Positions 34,105 through 48,045 of a DNA stretch of 64,000 nucleotides are shown here, one piece after another (the stretch's first letter is position 1; every line of letters begins with the position of its first letter). Source of the DNA: Sarea resinae (taxonomy: Eukaryota). A program made the position numbers and the translations under genes. The notes beneath the pieces are model-generated. The model searched no databases and was not told where the DNA came from. It saw nothing but the letters and a program-made list of their open reading frames with translations. The DNA lies in the NCBI GenBank assembly GCA_026026165.1, contig JAPEUD010000081.1, positions 1 through 64,000 on the forward strand. The letters are read 5' to 3'.

Positions 34105-36044
34105 TCAACTTCGTCCCCATCGTTTCCAGAACTTCCATCCGACAGACTCCTCACTGTCACCGCGGCCACTTCTCTTCCCGTCTCTGCCCCTGATCCTGAG
34201 GTAATAAACCGGCACGCCGGCGCCGACGAAAAGCACCACGATGACCGTCTGCACCGGCTCGGCGACGACCGCGCGACTCAGCAAGAAGAGACTGACACAG
34301 CAAAAGATGACGGGAGTGGTGATCCAGGTCTTATAGGGCCGCTCCAGATGCGGTTCCTTGACGCGAAGGACAATCAGGCCCAGCACGGTGAGGAAATAGA
34401 ACGTGTAGCCCGCGACACCGTAAAAGGTGATGAGGGTACGGAATTCGCCAACGATGATGTAGACGGCGGTCAGGACCGAGTTGAGCAGCATGGCGTTGAC
34501 GGGCGTGAAGAAGAGGCCGGCAGACTCGTCGCCGAGGAGCCGTGCTAGGCGTTTGGTGGCCCACGAGCGCGTGCGCAGACGCGGTTGCGTCGTGGCGGAA
34601 GAGGAGTCGGAGCGGGACGAGGGCGGACCGATGTTGCCGAAGAGGGCGGGGAGATATCCTTCTTTGCCGGCGGCGTAGACGAGCCGCGAGGAGGTGAAGG
34701 TGGTGGCGTTCAGGGCGCCGAAGCAGGAGAAGCTGACGGTGAGGGCAAGTACGAGAGAGCCGATTGGACCGAAGACTTTGGAGCCGAACGACACGGCCAC
34801 CGTGTTGGTCGTCTCGAGCGTCTTCAGGGGGAGCACGAAGAAGTAGGCGATATTGGCGCACACGTAGGAGAGAATCACGAGCGGCATCGAGGTGTGGATA
34901 ACGCGGGGAAGATCACGGTTCGGGTTGATGAATTCGCCGATCACATAATTTGTCTGAGATGGAGTCAGTAAGGAGGCAGCGAGGTCGAAGGGGATTAAGG
35001 GAGGCCTACGTTATCCCAGCCATCAAAAGCCCATAACCCTGCGTACAGCGCGACGGCCCAGCTGGACACGTCGGTGCTGGTTCCCTCAAACCATCCGTGA
35101 TCTCTCCAGTCTTCGTTGGGCTGTCCCTTCCACGTGAACCCCGTAACGGCGACGACGATGCCGGTCACGGTGACGCCAAGTAGCGCGACGAATTTGAAGA
35201 ACATGAACAGATCGCCCATCCGAGTCCCGAGCTTCGTGGAAACGCAATTGAGAAACGTCACCACGACGAGGCCGCCAAGCGCGACCCCTTTATTGATCCA
35301 CACGTTCACGTTCTCGGCGTCCGCTCCCACGGCGGCTCGCACAGCGTATTCGCCAAAAATGATCGCGATGATGGCTGCCGAGCCGGGCTTGAGCACGCAC
35401 ACTGCAGACCACGTAAACAGAAACCCAAAAAGCTCTCCAAAGATCTTAGACAGGTAAGCTTGCGCGCCGCCATTGAGCGGAATGGCTCCTCCTAGCTCCG
35501 CATAGCTGGCAGCGCCCGTCCACGCCAGTATTCCAGCTACCGTCCAGACGATGAGCGACGCGCCGGGAGAGCCCGCGTTGGCGTTGACCTGGCTGGGCGA
35601 CGAGAAGATGCCCGAGCCAATGACCAGTCCAATGACTAGAGATAACCCATTGAGATATGTCAAGCTTTTGTGCCTTTCGAGGGCGCCGCCGCTGAGAGGA
35701 TTTCGGGCGTCGAGAGAAACGGTCGAAGGGGCACCCAGAGGAGCATAACCACCACCGGCAGTGGACGAGAGAGGAAAGAGATTCGGGGCGAAATCGAAGG
35801 CGGAAGAAACGGAGTAGGAGCGGCCGCGATTCGGCCGCGCTCCATTGGCGGCGGCATTGTTGTTCGAGAGGGGGTCTTCGTTCTCGAGGGAGGCTTTGCG
35901 CGAGGACGAGATGCCGGACGGAGAGGACGATGCTGAGCTGCGGCCGGAGATGGGTGAGGAGGATGCCAGAGATGCCAGTTCGAGCGAGTCGCGTGGTTGC
36001 TGAGTCGGCGGGGCTTTCAGGGTCGAGTAGGCGGACGAGGACAT
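34105..36044 (-). CDS. APC-superfamily LAT-type amino acid permease
   Basis: IGSGIFSSP, YAELGGAIP.NGG, YAGLWAFDGWDN, GEF.NP.RDLPR and SRLVYAAGKEG motifs; one intron near 34955-35010. Confidence 0.92.
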
Positions 36045-36546
36045 ATTGGTGTCGTGGAGGTGGTGTTTGTTCGTCGGTCAATCATGGATTCATTTGATGC
36101 ATCTGGGATGATGCTCGTCGCCAGCCATCACGAGGGTCAAGGAAAGAAAGGGGTGAAGTTCTGTTGCCCTTGCGTTGGAAGATGTTCTCTGGTGAGAATC
36201 CGATTCCAACAGTATGTGGTCGACTCTATAGACGATCTTCTGCCCTTCTGCCGTCAGGGGAAAGAAGCAGGAAACGGAAGCCTCTACCTCGAGTTGTTGT
36301 TGTGTCGGGTCACCCATCGGGTACCTTGGGGTCTGTATCGTACCGCACGGTGAGTGCTGTGAGGTACTCACTGTGCTGTACTCGACGTGCATCGACCAAG
36401 GTTGCTATCGATTACTTTTGCAGATACACAAAAGAATCTTGCCACGACGGAAACGCGCAGTTCCCGTTTCCACGATGCGCCGCTGAAGGCAGTCTTGACA
36501 GAACAGACGATGCGTCGGGCAATTCCTTGACGTCGCAGGCTTGCTT

Positions 36547-39500
36547 ATGCGCTTTCTTCCATCAAGGCTGGCGACCCCGGCGGCGGGCTGGAGCCGGCTG
36601 ACGACCTGGCCCAGCTCGTTGCGCCGACTCGATATCAACAGACGCAATGCCGTCAATTGCTGCAATGTCCTCCGTCGGACGGCTTCAACCACGTCTCCAG
36701 CTCCATCAGCCTCCAAGCGCCTCGACTTCCAGGCCATTGACGCCAAATGGCATCAGCAATGGAGACGAGAGCCACCGCCACCCCCCGAGACGGCTTCCGA
36801 CGACAAATTCTACGTCTTGCCCATGTTCCCGTATCCCTCGGGCGTGCTGCATCTGGGCCATCTACGGGTCTACACCATCTCGGACGTGCTCGCGCGCTTC
36901 CATCACATGCAGGGCCATAGAGTCCTGCATCCCATGAGCTGGGACGCTTTTGGTCTGCCGGCCGAGAACGCGGCAATCGAGCGCGGAGTCGATCCAGCCG
37001 AGTGGACGCTCCGGAACATTGACAAGATGAAGGAACAGCTGAATGCGATGGGTGGACGGTGGGATTGGGACCGGGTATGTTTGCAATGGGGAGGCATGGT
37101 CATCTAGATCTACATAGGCTTATCGTTTGCAGGAATTTAGGACTTGTGACCCTGCCTTCTACAAGCACACCCAGCGCATCTTCCTACTCCTCCATGAGCG
37201 CGGTCTGGCATACCAAGCCGAGTCCCTCGTCAACTATGACCCCGTCGACAGGACGGTCCTGGCCAATGAGCAGGTCGATGCCAATGGCTGCTCCTGGAGA
37301 TCCGGGGCAAAGGTCGAAAAGGTCATGCTGAAACAGTGGTTTCTGAAGATTACCGCTTTCAAGGAGGCTCTGCTGGAGGACCTGGAGGAGCTCGAGAAAG
37401 ATGACCGTTGGCCCAAGCGCGTCATCTCGATGCAGAGGAATTGGCTGGGCAAATCGAGTGGTGCTCGTGTTCGCTTTCCCGTGCAGGTGGCCGGTGGTCA
37501 GACTGGGGCTTTAACAACGATAGAGGCCTTTACCACGCGGCCAGACACTCTTTTCGGCGTTCGGTATCTGGCGCTGTCGACCACGCATCCTTTGGTCTTG
37601 AGTTTGGCCAAGAGATCGTCCAAGTTGCAGGCCTTCCTCGACGCGACCCCTGCTCTGCCCCCGGATACCAAGGCGGGTTTTGTCCTGCCGGGAGTCCAAG
37701 CTATCAATCCTCTGTCTACTCTCGATTCAGTGACTCTAGATTCGGTGGACGAGGTGAGCCGACCTTTGCCGGTCTACGTTGCCCCTTACGTTCTCGGAGA
37801 TTACGGAGAGGGTGCCGTGATGGGCGTACCGGGCCACGATGCACGCGACCATGCGTTCTGGAGAGAGAATCGAGGACAAGAGCCCATTCCTTTGGTCGTT
37901 GCGCCATCCAAAACCGACTCGAAAGCCAGCCATCTGGTGCCCGGTCCTTCCGACGAGGCCTTTGTTCATCGCGGTGTTCTGACGTCTCTTTGTGGGAAAT
38001 ACGCCGGTCTGAGCTCGACCAAAGGCGGCTCGCAGATCGTGGCGGATCTCAACGCCCACGACGACTCGGCCGAGCTGGCCGAGAGCTGGAGACTTCGCGA
38101 CTGGCTGATCAGTCGGCAGCGATACTGGGGCACTCCGATCCCGATCGTGCACTGTGGCAACTGTGGCGCCGTTCCCGTACCCGTCGACGAGCTCCCCGTC
38201 GAGCTTCCGAAACTGAAAGGTGATTTCTTCCGAGGGAAAGGGGGAAATCCTCTCGAGGACGCCGAGGACTGGATGAGGACCAAATGTCCCAGGTATTTTT
38301 TTTTCTCTTTCGATGGCGGTATGTCTAGCTGACGCTGGGATAGCTGCGGCGCGCCCGCAAAACGCGACACCGATACAATGGACACGTTTGTCGACTCTTC
38401 ATGGTACTTTCTCCGCTTCGCCGACCCGCACAACGCACAGGTGCCCTTCTCGGCCTCGTCCGCGACTGCTTTCCTGCCCGTCGACATCTACATCGGCGGC
38501 GTCGAGCACGCAATTCTCCATCTTCTGTACGCGCGCTTCATCAGCAAATTCCTATCGACCACGACGCTCTGGCCGTCGGGTGCTTCCGCGGAAACCCAAA
38601 ACCGCGGCGAGCCGTTCCGCAAACTGATCACGCAGGGCATGGTGCACGGCAAGACGTACACGGACGCTCGCACGGGGCGATTCTTCAAGCCCGACGAGGT
38701 CGACGTGACAGATCCCGCTCAGCCGCGCGTCAAGGCCACGGGTGAGAGGCCGAATGTCAGTTTCGAGAAGATGAGCAAGAGCAAGTACAACGGCGTGGAT
38801 CCGGGGACGTGCATCGGTCGGTACGGGGCGGATGCCACGCGAGCGCACATGTTGTTCTCGGCGCCCGTGAGCGAGGTGCTGGAGTGGGACGAGGAGCGCA
38901 TCGTGGGGATCCACCGGTGGTTCCATCGCGTTTGGCGGGTGGTGGCGCTGGTTGCTGGGAGGCTCTCTGCGTCAGGGTCAAAATCGTCGGAAATCCCGGC
39001 TTTCCCACCCCTCGCGACCCTCAGCCCGCAGGAAGCAGATCTGTGGTCGGCTGTGCAGACGACCGTCACTAGCCTCAACACGTCGCTGAGCACGACGTAC
39101 GCGCTCAACACGACGGTCTCGGATCTCATCTCGCTGACCAACGCGCTGGCTTCTTGCCTTGCGGAGACGTCGACGCCGGCATTGACCAAGGGGCCGGCGG
39201 TGTCGGCGGCGGTGCAGTACCACGCCTCCAGTGCGCTGCTGCGCATGATGGCGCCGATGACGCCTGCGTTTGCAGAGGAGTGCTGGGAGGCTTTGCATAG
39301 GGGCACTAGTCGGACTGACGGCACAGAGACTGAGAGCGCCGAAAACCGGGCCGCCACCTCCTCACTCGCGTCTACACCGTCGACGACCTCATCAGCGTCG
39401 TCTTCGTCCTCCTCATCCTCCCCTTCACTGTCTACGTCCCCATTAAACTCATCCTCATCCTCGTCACTGTCAACCCAGTCGATCTTCTCGCAGCCGTTCC

Positions 39501-39883
39501 CCACGCCCGACTCGTCGCTCGCGCATCTCGCCGCCCAGCGCAGCCGTCGACCGTGCGCGGTCATGGTGAATGGGAAAACGCGGTTCGTGGTCGAATTGCC
39601 TCCGCCGCCACCGACCTCCACGTCCACAACATCACCAACTCCAACTCCAGCACCGTCTACCTCCTCGACGCCGACCCCAGAAGCCGACGCCACGCAACAC
39701 CTCCGCGCCTGGCTGCACGCCGAGGTCCTCAAGACGGCCGACGGGCAGAAATGGATCGGTGCAGACGGCGAAAAGAATGCGGGGAAGACGTTGCATGGCA
39801 TCTTTGTCGTGAGAGAGAGAGTGGATGGCGGTGAGGGGAGGAAGGATGGGGCCGTGAAGACGGTGAATTTTGTGTTCAAGTAG
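36547..39883 (+). CDS. NAM2: Mitochondrial leucyl-tRNA synthetase
   Basis: MFPYPSG.LHLGH (HIGH), [19 protein letters not shown] editing domain, [37 protein letters not shown] and KMSKS; presequence-like N-terminus; introns ~37075-37132 and ~38293-38343. Confidence 0.95.
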
Positions 39884-40890
39884 GTAAATAACAGAGAGAG
39901 GGAGAAAGTGAAAAAGAAAGAAGAAGGATATAGTGTAGTATAGTGTATAAGACAAGTACTATAGAGAAAGAGAAAGAAGAAGAAGAAACAAGAAAGGTGT
40001 ACGAGAGGAGAGGAGAGGAGAAGAGAAGAGAAGAGAAGAGAAGAGAAGTCTAAATCTAGAAGAACTACTAGTGTAGAAGAATGTAAGAATGTAAGAATAT
40101 AAGAGTATAAGCATACAAGAAATTAAAGGTTTGTATAAAAAAGTGTGTATAGAAGAATCTCTATATCTAGTCTATACCTATACCTAAAACTATACCTACA
40201 GTAAGTAAAGAAGAGAGAGAGAGAGAGAGAGAGTATAGTGTGTAGGATAACATAGAATAGTCGGCTTTACCTAGGAAGGTAGCCTAACCTAATCCTGTAT
40301 TATATTCTCTTTTCCATTCTTTTTTTTTTCTTTTCTTCTTTCTTGTTCGCTTTCTTTTGTTCTCTTTTTTCTTTTTTCTTTTCTCTCCTTTTCTTTTCTA
40401 GGGAGTGCTCCCTGATTCTATACACCTCACACTATCAATATCACTATTACCATTGATATCAACATTGATGTTCTTTATTACCTACCTTAGTAAGGCAAGG
40501 CAAGGCTAGGCAAAGGCAAAAGAGAAAGGAAGAAAGACGCGATATATAACCTCCTATTACCAAACAATCAAACAATTCGAGTATTCAATACATTCAAGTC
40601 ATCATCATCGAGCCAAGTTCAATTCAGGTAAGGTAAGGTAGGTGAGGTAAGGGAGGTAAGGTAGGTAGGGAGAATCAGACCTACTAAACAAAGACAAAAA
40701 GTACAAAGTACAATCCAGATCGAACATATATACTCGACAGCGTGTTTCTTGCAGAGGTTCTTCTCGATTTTCTTGCGACGGGACTGTTCGGCGCAAAGAC
40801 CGGAAACTGCCCAAACACCACCACCGATACGTGGAGTCAAGGCCACGAGTCCAATCTAATCTAATCTAATCTAATCTACTCTACTCTGCC
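39884..40890. repeat. Microsatellite/low-complexity intergenic spacer: (AGAAG)n, (GA)n, pyrimidine tract, (GGTAA)n, (CTAAT)n
   Basis: Directly visible SSR arrays between the convergent NAM2 and FDH 3' ends. Confidence 0.85.
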
Positions 40891-41099
40891 CTAGCTTGGA
40901 TCTCACTCTTCTCCTCGGCTTCTCAGGCCTTGTTAATCGGGATTTCTTTTCAGATCTTCTCGTCATGTGGATTTATTGGGACGGCGATTCTATTATGATT
41001 GACAGTTTGATTTGAATTATACAGAATAAAGCTATGAATACAATCCAATCCACGCCATCGCCGCGCTATCTCCCTTCAAGCCACTTTTGTACTCGACGT

Positions 41100-42406
41100 C
41101 TATTTGTTGTTCTCCTCGCCGTAGGCCTTGGTGGCGTACTTGCCGCCGCGGACGATCAGGTCCTGGGGGCGGTAGTCGTTGCGGCCCGAAAAGTACGAGT
41201 CCAGGATGGCCTTGGTGCCGGCGGCGTAGCGGACCTGGGCATCGAGAGAGGTACCGGACATGTGGGGGGTCATGGCGTTGCCGCCGCCGAACTTGTTCTT
41301 GGCGTAGCGCAGGACGTGGTCCTTGGGCGCGGGTTGCGGGAACCAGACGTCTCCGCCGTAGCCCATGAGCTGGCCAGACTTCAACGCCTCGGCGACGTCC
41401 TCCTTGACGACAATGGCACCACGGGCGGTGTTGACGAGGTAAGATCCTAGCGATTGTTAGCAGCCAGCTCCAAAAACAACGACGAGATAGACATACCCTT
41501 CTTCATCTTGGAGATGAGCTCCTTGTTGAAGAGACCGCGGGTCTTCTCGTGCAGAGGGCAGTTGATGGTGACGACGTCGCACTGGGCGAGCATCTCCTCG
41601 AGGTTCTCGACGCGACGGCAGCCAATCTCCTTCTCGACCTCGGGCGACAGCGGCTGGTAGTCAAAGTACAGCAGCTCCTTGCAGTCGAATGGCTTCAGTC
41701 TTCGGAGCACACGCTCGCCAATACGGCCAACGGCCACGGTACCGACAACCTTGTTCTCGAGATCGTACTCGGCCTTGGCCACGGCCGCGACGTTCCAGTC
41801 TCCACTGGCGACCTGCTCGTGTGCGGGCACAAAGTTGCGGACCAAGTTGAGGATGGTCATCACGACGTGCTCAGACACGGACGTGACGTTGGAGCCGGTG
41901 ACCTCGGCGACGGTGATACCGCCGTTGGTCTTGTTGGCCGCATCGAGGTCGACGTGGTCGGAGCCGATACCAGCAGTGACGGCGATCTTGAGGTTCTTGG
42001 CCTTGGCCAGACGCTCGGCGGTCAGGTAACCGGGGTGGAAGCTGTCCCGTGTTAGACTTGGGGGAAGTAATTGAGAACAGAAAACTTACGGGGTGGTGAT
42101 GATGACTTCCGAGTCGACGAGCTCCTTCTCGAACTTGGAGTTGGGGCCCTCCTTGTCGGAGGTGGTCACCAGAGTGTGACCTTGGTCCTCGAGCCACTTT
42201 CGGATTCCGAGCTCGTTCTCGGTCGTTCCCAGAAGCTGGGGCACTTGCTTGGCGTGCTCACCACCGTCGTACAGGCAGAGCAGGACCTTGGCATCCTGGG
42301 CACTGGTGGCGGAGAAGGATCGCACACCAGCCTGGCGGACGGCGGACACCTTGGAGGCGTTGAGGACGGGGCGGAGACCCCGGGCGGCGGTGCGAGCGAA
42401 AACCAT
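41100..42406 (-). CDS. FDH1: NAD-dependent formate dehydrogenase with N-terminal presequence-like extension
   Basis: [66 protein letters not shown] and [11 protein letters not shown]; two clear introns. Confidence 0.95.
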
Positions 42407-45400
42407 GGTGAAGGTGAAGGTGAATTCGGTGTGAATCGATTATATGATAGAAGAGAGATGAGGAGGAAGAGGATTGGATGTGGAATGAAGAGGATCGAAT
42501 ACGACGGGGAGCTTCGATCCATATATGTATTGTCTGGACTGTCTGGCGAGGGATGCCGGATTCCGACCAGTTGCAGCTCCAGCGCTGAGGGCGGCCATGG
42601 TTTGGACTCGAGCAGCCGGCTACGTAACCGCGCGAGAGGTGGACCGGCCTGCGCGCTGGCTGCTTCAGGGCTAGAGGGCGGACGTCGTCGTTATTCTGAC
42701 GCAGATGCAGCCGGACGAGACGAGCGGGAGATCATAGCTCATCATTTGCCCACCCAGCTCGAAACCTTACTTGGGGCGCGACATGACTAAGGGGAAACGG
42801 TACCTCGACACGGATATGCGGCAATCGACGACGGGCTCGCCAGGTATCGCGCGGGCCGCGCCAGTATGCGAGAGTACCTGCTCCGGCGGGCGAGGACCGC
42901 CACAGCCACCGCGGCCACCCACGCCCACAAGTCACCCGGCCACGCCCCAACGTCATCCTCACCCATCGTATCATCCGGCCCATCCTGACCAGGCACGACG
43001 GTCTAGACCCGCTCTTCTCCTTTTTTTCTCTGCTTCGGCCCCTTCTGCCTCGACCGTGATGCTCTGAGAATAACATCATCTGGCGGCCGTTGACGGCGGC
43101 TAACGGCCTTGTTTTCCTGACTCGCGGCGAGCTACGGGAGGGATTGAGGGCGCGATGATGGGACATGGAGTAATGAAGACAACAAGACATCAAGACATCA
43201 ATAGCAGCGATACTACGTACTCCGTACATCCTGAAGTACATCCATGGATAGTAGGCGCCAACCCCGCTTTTGGCTGGCGGTACAAAGTACTTGGCAGTGC
43301 GCGACGGTTCAGCTGTAACTCTCCGGCCATGTGGCTTGGGCTCGAGCAGCTGCATCTTTGGTATTGTGCCTCATTGATCCATTCGTGCTGCATCTTCCGG
43401 CGGGGCTTCCTAGATCCTCGATGCAATAATGACAATAGAATGTCACCTTGAAACGACACTGCATTGACCGGGCGTCGTCGCCGCCGTGACCAGGCCGCAC
43501 TGGTTGCCGTGTTTTCCTATCAAATCTCTCAGATCATCGCCATGGGAGGGTTACGACGATCCGAAAAAGTCAAACAGCGACAAGAAATCACCGACGGCAG
43601 AGGTCAAGAAGCAGCCGTGCGATTCGAACGATTCGCGGCACGGCACCGTGTGCCCTGGGAGATGATATTGGATGGATGGCATGGATTCGAGAGCACCGTC
43701 CAGAAGATTCATGGATGCCGGAATAGCGTGCCGTAGCTTGCACGGGCAGCTGGAGGGCTCCAGGGCTGCTGGCCTACTCTACTATGAGTACGCTCTCAGG
43801 GCTGCTCGGCCACTGAAGCGAGCCCTCACTCTTCCTATCCCGATCGGGTTCCCTTACCCCTTCACCTGCACGCTGAAGGGGGTAGCCCCAAGCAGGTCGG
43901 GAGGTACCTTTGTGGTGTGAGCAGGGCGCATGAGTACGGGGACTACCTCGCTACAGTACCTCCATCGCTGGCCGGCTCGCGATCCGCTGAGTACGGACTA
44001 GAGTACGGTAGCGAGGGTAGCGATGCGAGCGATGGCAGCGACGGCAGCGATGGCAGGCTGCTAGTGGTGACCGGGCCCGATCGTACCTCCCGACTCGAAT
44101 CGAACGGGAACTCTGGAAGTGTCGGAAGAGGAGGAGACGTATTTAGCACTGAATGGCGGAACCAAAAAACTTGAGTCCTTTTTACGACAACCATCATAAT
44201 TCTGTGGCTCGTCGTCAGGCTACCGTAGCATCTATCTGACTCGGACCGGAAGAAGCACGGATGGTGGTGGTGATGGTGGTGATGATCATGGGCTTGACCT
44301 GACATCAATACTTTCACCCGTTCCATGTTGCTGTGGGTGACAGTCCGTTGCCCTCGTCAAGCGGATCCGCACCAGCAGAAGAGAGTACCTACCGACCGAC
44401 CTGCCACTACTCCGTACTCCACTGTGTTCCATGGCACGTCGCAGGGAACGACGTCAAGGTGACAGGCAGAGTATAAGAGCAGCGTCAAACGACCCACGCC
44501 GCACGCCTCAGACGTGACGATGGATATATATCAGGACGTGTCTTCTTGGACGGAGGTGTCGCATGAGATGATTCTCGATCAGGCCGGGGACGCGTCCTTG
44601 CAAAGTGTCGAGGCAGTCGAGGCAGTCGAGGCATGCAGTCGAGGGCAAGTGTCTGGGGCTTTATAGCAGGGCGGCTCCTCGGTCACACTGACCGCAGTGT
44701 CCTGCTGCTGTCCTGGTCACCGTCTACGACCCATCCTTGGGGCCGGTGCTCTGATGCTCTGATGCTCTGATGCTCTGATGCATCATGATGTCCATGTGAT
44801 ATCAGGTGGATGCCCACTTGCATTGGCAGTGGTCTCTGTGATCGGCCTTACATAAGCCCTTCGTCCTTCGTTGTGGTCAGCTCTGACGCGTCCCACGATG
44901 GCGGATGACTCAGCGCCCCTCGTGCCCTGATCTGCTGCCTCTTCCCCGATTGTCACCGACCGTCGCCCATCTTGGCCCATCTGGGCCCATGTTATGCACG
45001 GCGATGCCCATCGCTTCTGCTTTTATGTGTCGGATGCTGCCACGGGCACCTCTCATTGGTGGGCAGCCGAACATCACCCCACGTGACCCAATCACCCCTC
45101 GCCTCTGCTCGCCTCTGCTCGCCGCTGCACCGGAGATTGATCTCTCCCGACTGCCGTGCTCTCCTTGCTCTCTGTCTCTCTCCTTCTCTCCTCTTCGTTC
45201 CTCTCCGGCATTGGCATTGGATTGACATCCATTGGCATCGATCGGCATCGCCTTGGCTGGCTGGACTTCATTCGTTCCCGCCGTGATTGGCACCATTGGC
45301 ACCATTGGCACCACTGACATCCCAACATCCTCATCATCCTCATCATTCTCCTCCTCCTCTTCCTCTTCCTCTTCCTCCTCCAGGCACACCGGCGTTCGTG

Positions 45401-45630
45401 TTGGTGTACTCCGTCCCGTACTGGTCCCCTGGTCCCCTTATATCCTGCACTGCCATCGTCTATCCGCCATCATCCATCCATCTCTGTTACTCGTCACTTG
45501 TCTTCATCATGCTGCCCCGCCATTAAAGTCGACCACACAACACCATCATGCCCTCTCATCGCCAGCTCCCTCTGCCTCTTCATCTGCATCTATATCTGCA
45601 TCGCCATCGTCACCACAGATCCTCCGCAAC

Positions 45631-46715
45631 ATGAGTACCGACCAACATGTCGCCGTCGACGCGACAGACACCTCGGCGCCCCTGGGCGACGCGAAACCTG
45701 CAATCCCGGCCATCCCGAAGGAACCGTGTCCCGCGGAAGAAACCTCGTCCGATCGCAGCAGTCGTCCCACCACCTCATCACCACTGCCACCTCGCCCATC
45801 ACCGTCGGAATTGCCGTCCATTCATTATCCCTTGACCAAGAGAAAATGGAACATCTTCCGGACCTGGTCTCTGATCCTGCTCTTTTCGTGTCTCTTGCCC
45901 ATCGTTCTGTATTTCGCTCTCTATTATGATACCAGTCTGCAGCTCCGGTCAGTGATGTTCCCCCTCTGCAGATGGTCGATGACCTCTTTCTGACGGGCCA
46001 TGCCAGCTACATCTTCACCATCGTGACCTGCCTCATCGGCGTCATCGATGTCGCACCCCAACTCTGCATCCGAGCCTACCTCCTCTTCTACTACCCCTTC
46101 TATCGCCCGCTGGGCGCCTCCCGCTTCGCCCTCGACTTTTTCCTCTGGAACCTGTCCGGCGCCTTCATCGTCATCGCCGCCGAACTAATCGTCGGCACCG
46201 CCCCATACCACCCGCTGGTGCGCCTGCTCGCCATGCCCGCGCCGTCGATGCTCTTCTGGCTGGGCTTCCAGACCCTGATCTGCACGGTCATGCACACGGC
46301 CGACGTCAAGACCCCGATCCGCGTGTCGTCGTTTGCGCGCGGCGAACGCATGCCGCCGGGCCTCTACAGCTACATCGAAGACATTGTCTCCGTCGACGGG
46401 CGCGCCGGACAGCCGTATCGGCAGGCGCTGCGGGCCCGCTTCGAGGCGTCGCCCGTCTTCCGCGCCATGCTGATCCGGCTCAGCTTCTTCTGGTCGGTGC
46501 CGGCCATTGTGCTGGCGGCGGCGCTGACGGCCATCATCTTCGCCGCGCCCCGGGACGTCGGCTACGCCATGGGCTGGAGCGTCCCCTTTGCCTTTGGCGC
46601 CATCTGGACCGTGCTGACCATCTTCCACGTGAAACACGTCATCACGGGCGAGAAGGCGGCGTGGGCCCACGAGCACGATCCCGTGGTCGTCGACGATAAA
46701 GAGACGGCCGTTTGA
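45631..46715 (+). CDS. Uncharacterised multi-pass membrane protein
   Basis: ATG 45631; intron 45948-46006 (GTCAGT..CTGAC..CAG); several hydrophobic segments; GC3-rich codon use; IEDIVSVDGRAG..YR..L.ARFEASP.FR motif. Confidence 0.8.
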
Positions 46716-47261
46716 TTTGAGTTTCTGGTGGATTTTTTTGTTTCTCTGCATCGATCCGAGCGCTCATTGTCATCTTTTTTTTATGTGTGGTATGATTTAG
46801 ACAAAGTGGGCGGTTCTATGTTTGCATGGCTTGGATGGATCGGGAAAGAGCGGCATGGGAAGGGGAGTGGGACAGGATAGGTTAGGAAGCGGGCGGGTGG
46901 ATGAACAAGTCCTCTCGAAACCACATGTCTATAATATACACCTTGTCTAATAGACTGCTCTTCTACTCCATCATGCTTTACTTTGCCTTGAAAATCTTTG
47001 AACGGATTGGTATAGGGCCTCTGTGAGTTATACGCCCTCCCTACTTGGCCCGACTTGATATAATATGATATAATCCTGTAATACCGTATGTAATCCACCA
47101 CTAGAAACCTTGTGTATAAGCCCTATAGTTGTCGCTACCATCAATAATCACGAGACGGCTATTTCGATAAGATGTAAGTAAGTAAAAAAAAAAGCAGGCG
47201 CAGACGTGTTCCTCCTATAGAGGCTATCTCAAAGGACTACTATACCCTAGCTTGTCTACTA

Positions 47262-48045
47262 AGGTAGGTAGGTAGGTAGGTAGGTAGGTAAGGTAGGCTA
47301 TGCCTGTTTGCCCAAGGTAAGTTGGTACCTAGGTATACTTCTTCTCTTCTCTGCTAGGTAAGTAGGTAGGTAAGTAGGTAGGTAAGTAGGTAGGTAGGTA
47401 GGTAGGTATCTATCTAATCTAGTAGAGCGCTTCTTATTACTATTACTATTATAACTATGGCTATTATCATTCTCTTTTGATTTTTGTATATATATACCTA
47501 TAGTACTATGTTCTTATTAGACTTAGCAGGATAGATTAGATTAGGTTAGTTTAGCTTACTGTAGATAGAATAGGATAGAGAAGCGTACTAGAGTAGAGTA
47601 GGATTAGAGAGTAGTAGTAGTAGTTGTTGTTCATTGTTGTTGTAGGAAAAGAAGAGATAGAAAAGAATAGGTCGGTAGATAGGTTAGTACCTAGGTAAGG
47701 TAAGAAGATAGATATCTAAGTCCTCTCTCTCTCTCTTAAGAACACTACTACTACTACTACTACTACTACTATGTAGTACTACTATATCTACAATATATAC
47801 CTTGTCTAAGTATAATATTATATAATCTAGACTGTTCTTCTTTAAACCCTTAGTCTTACTCGCCTCTATTATTGCTTTCCTTGACTTTCCTTAACTTAAC
47901 TTGACTTGACTTTGCTTTGCTTTAATTTCAGAGTGTATATGTATTTATATAGGGCCTCTCTGTGTGGGTTATACCGCCTACCTGATGTAATAGACTTTTC
48001 TTCTTCGACTCTACTCTACTCTACTCTACTCTACTCTACTCTATT
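47262..48045. repeat. SSR-rich AT-rich spacer: (GGTA)n, (GTA)n, (CTA)n, (CTCTA)n
   Basis: Directly visible tandem arrays. Confidence 0.85.

Noticed and set aside
38719..39879. 386-aa antisense ORF over LeuRS
   Set aside because: Explained by GC-rich codon bias and low complexity of the sense gene; the same applies to other long antisense ORFs in the window.
36547..39883. LeuRS as a self-resistance gene for the NRPS-like locus
   Set aside because: It looks like the ordinary mitochondrial enzyme among housekeeping genes, over 12 kb away, with no evidence of duplication.
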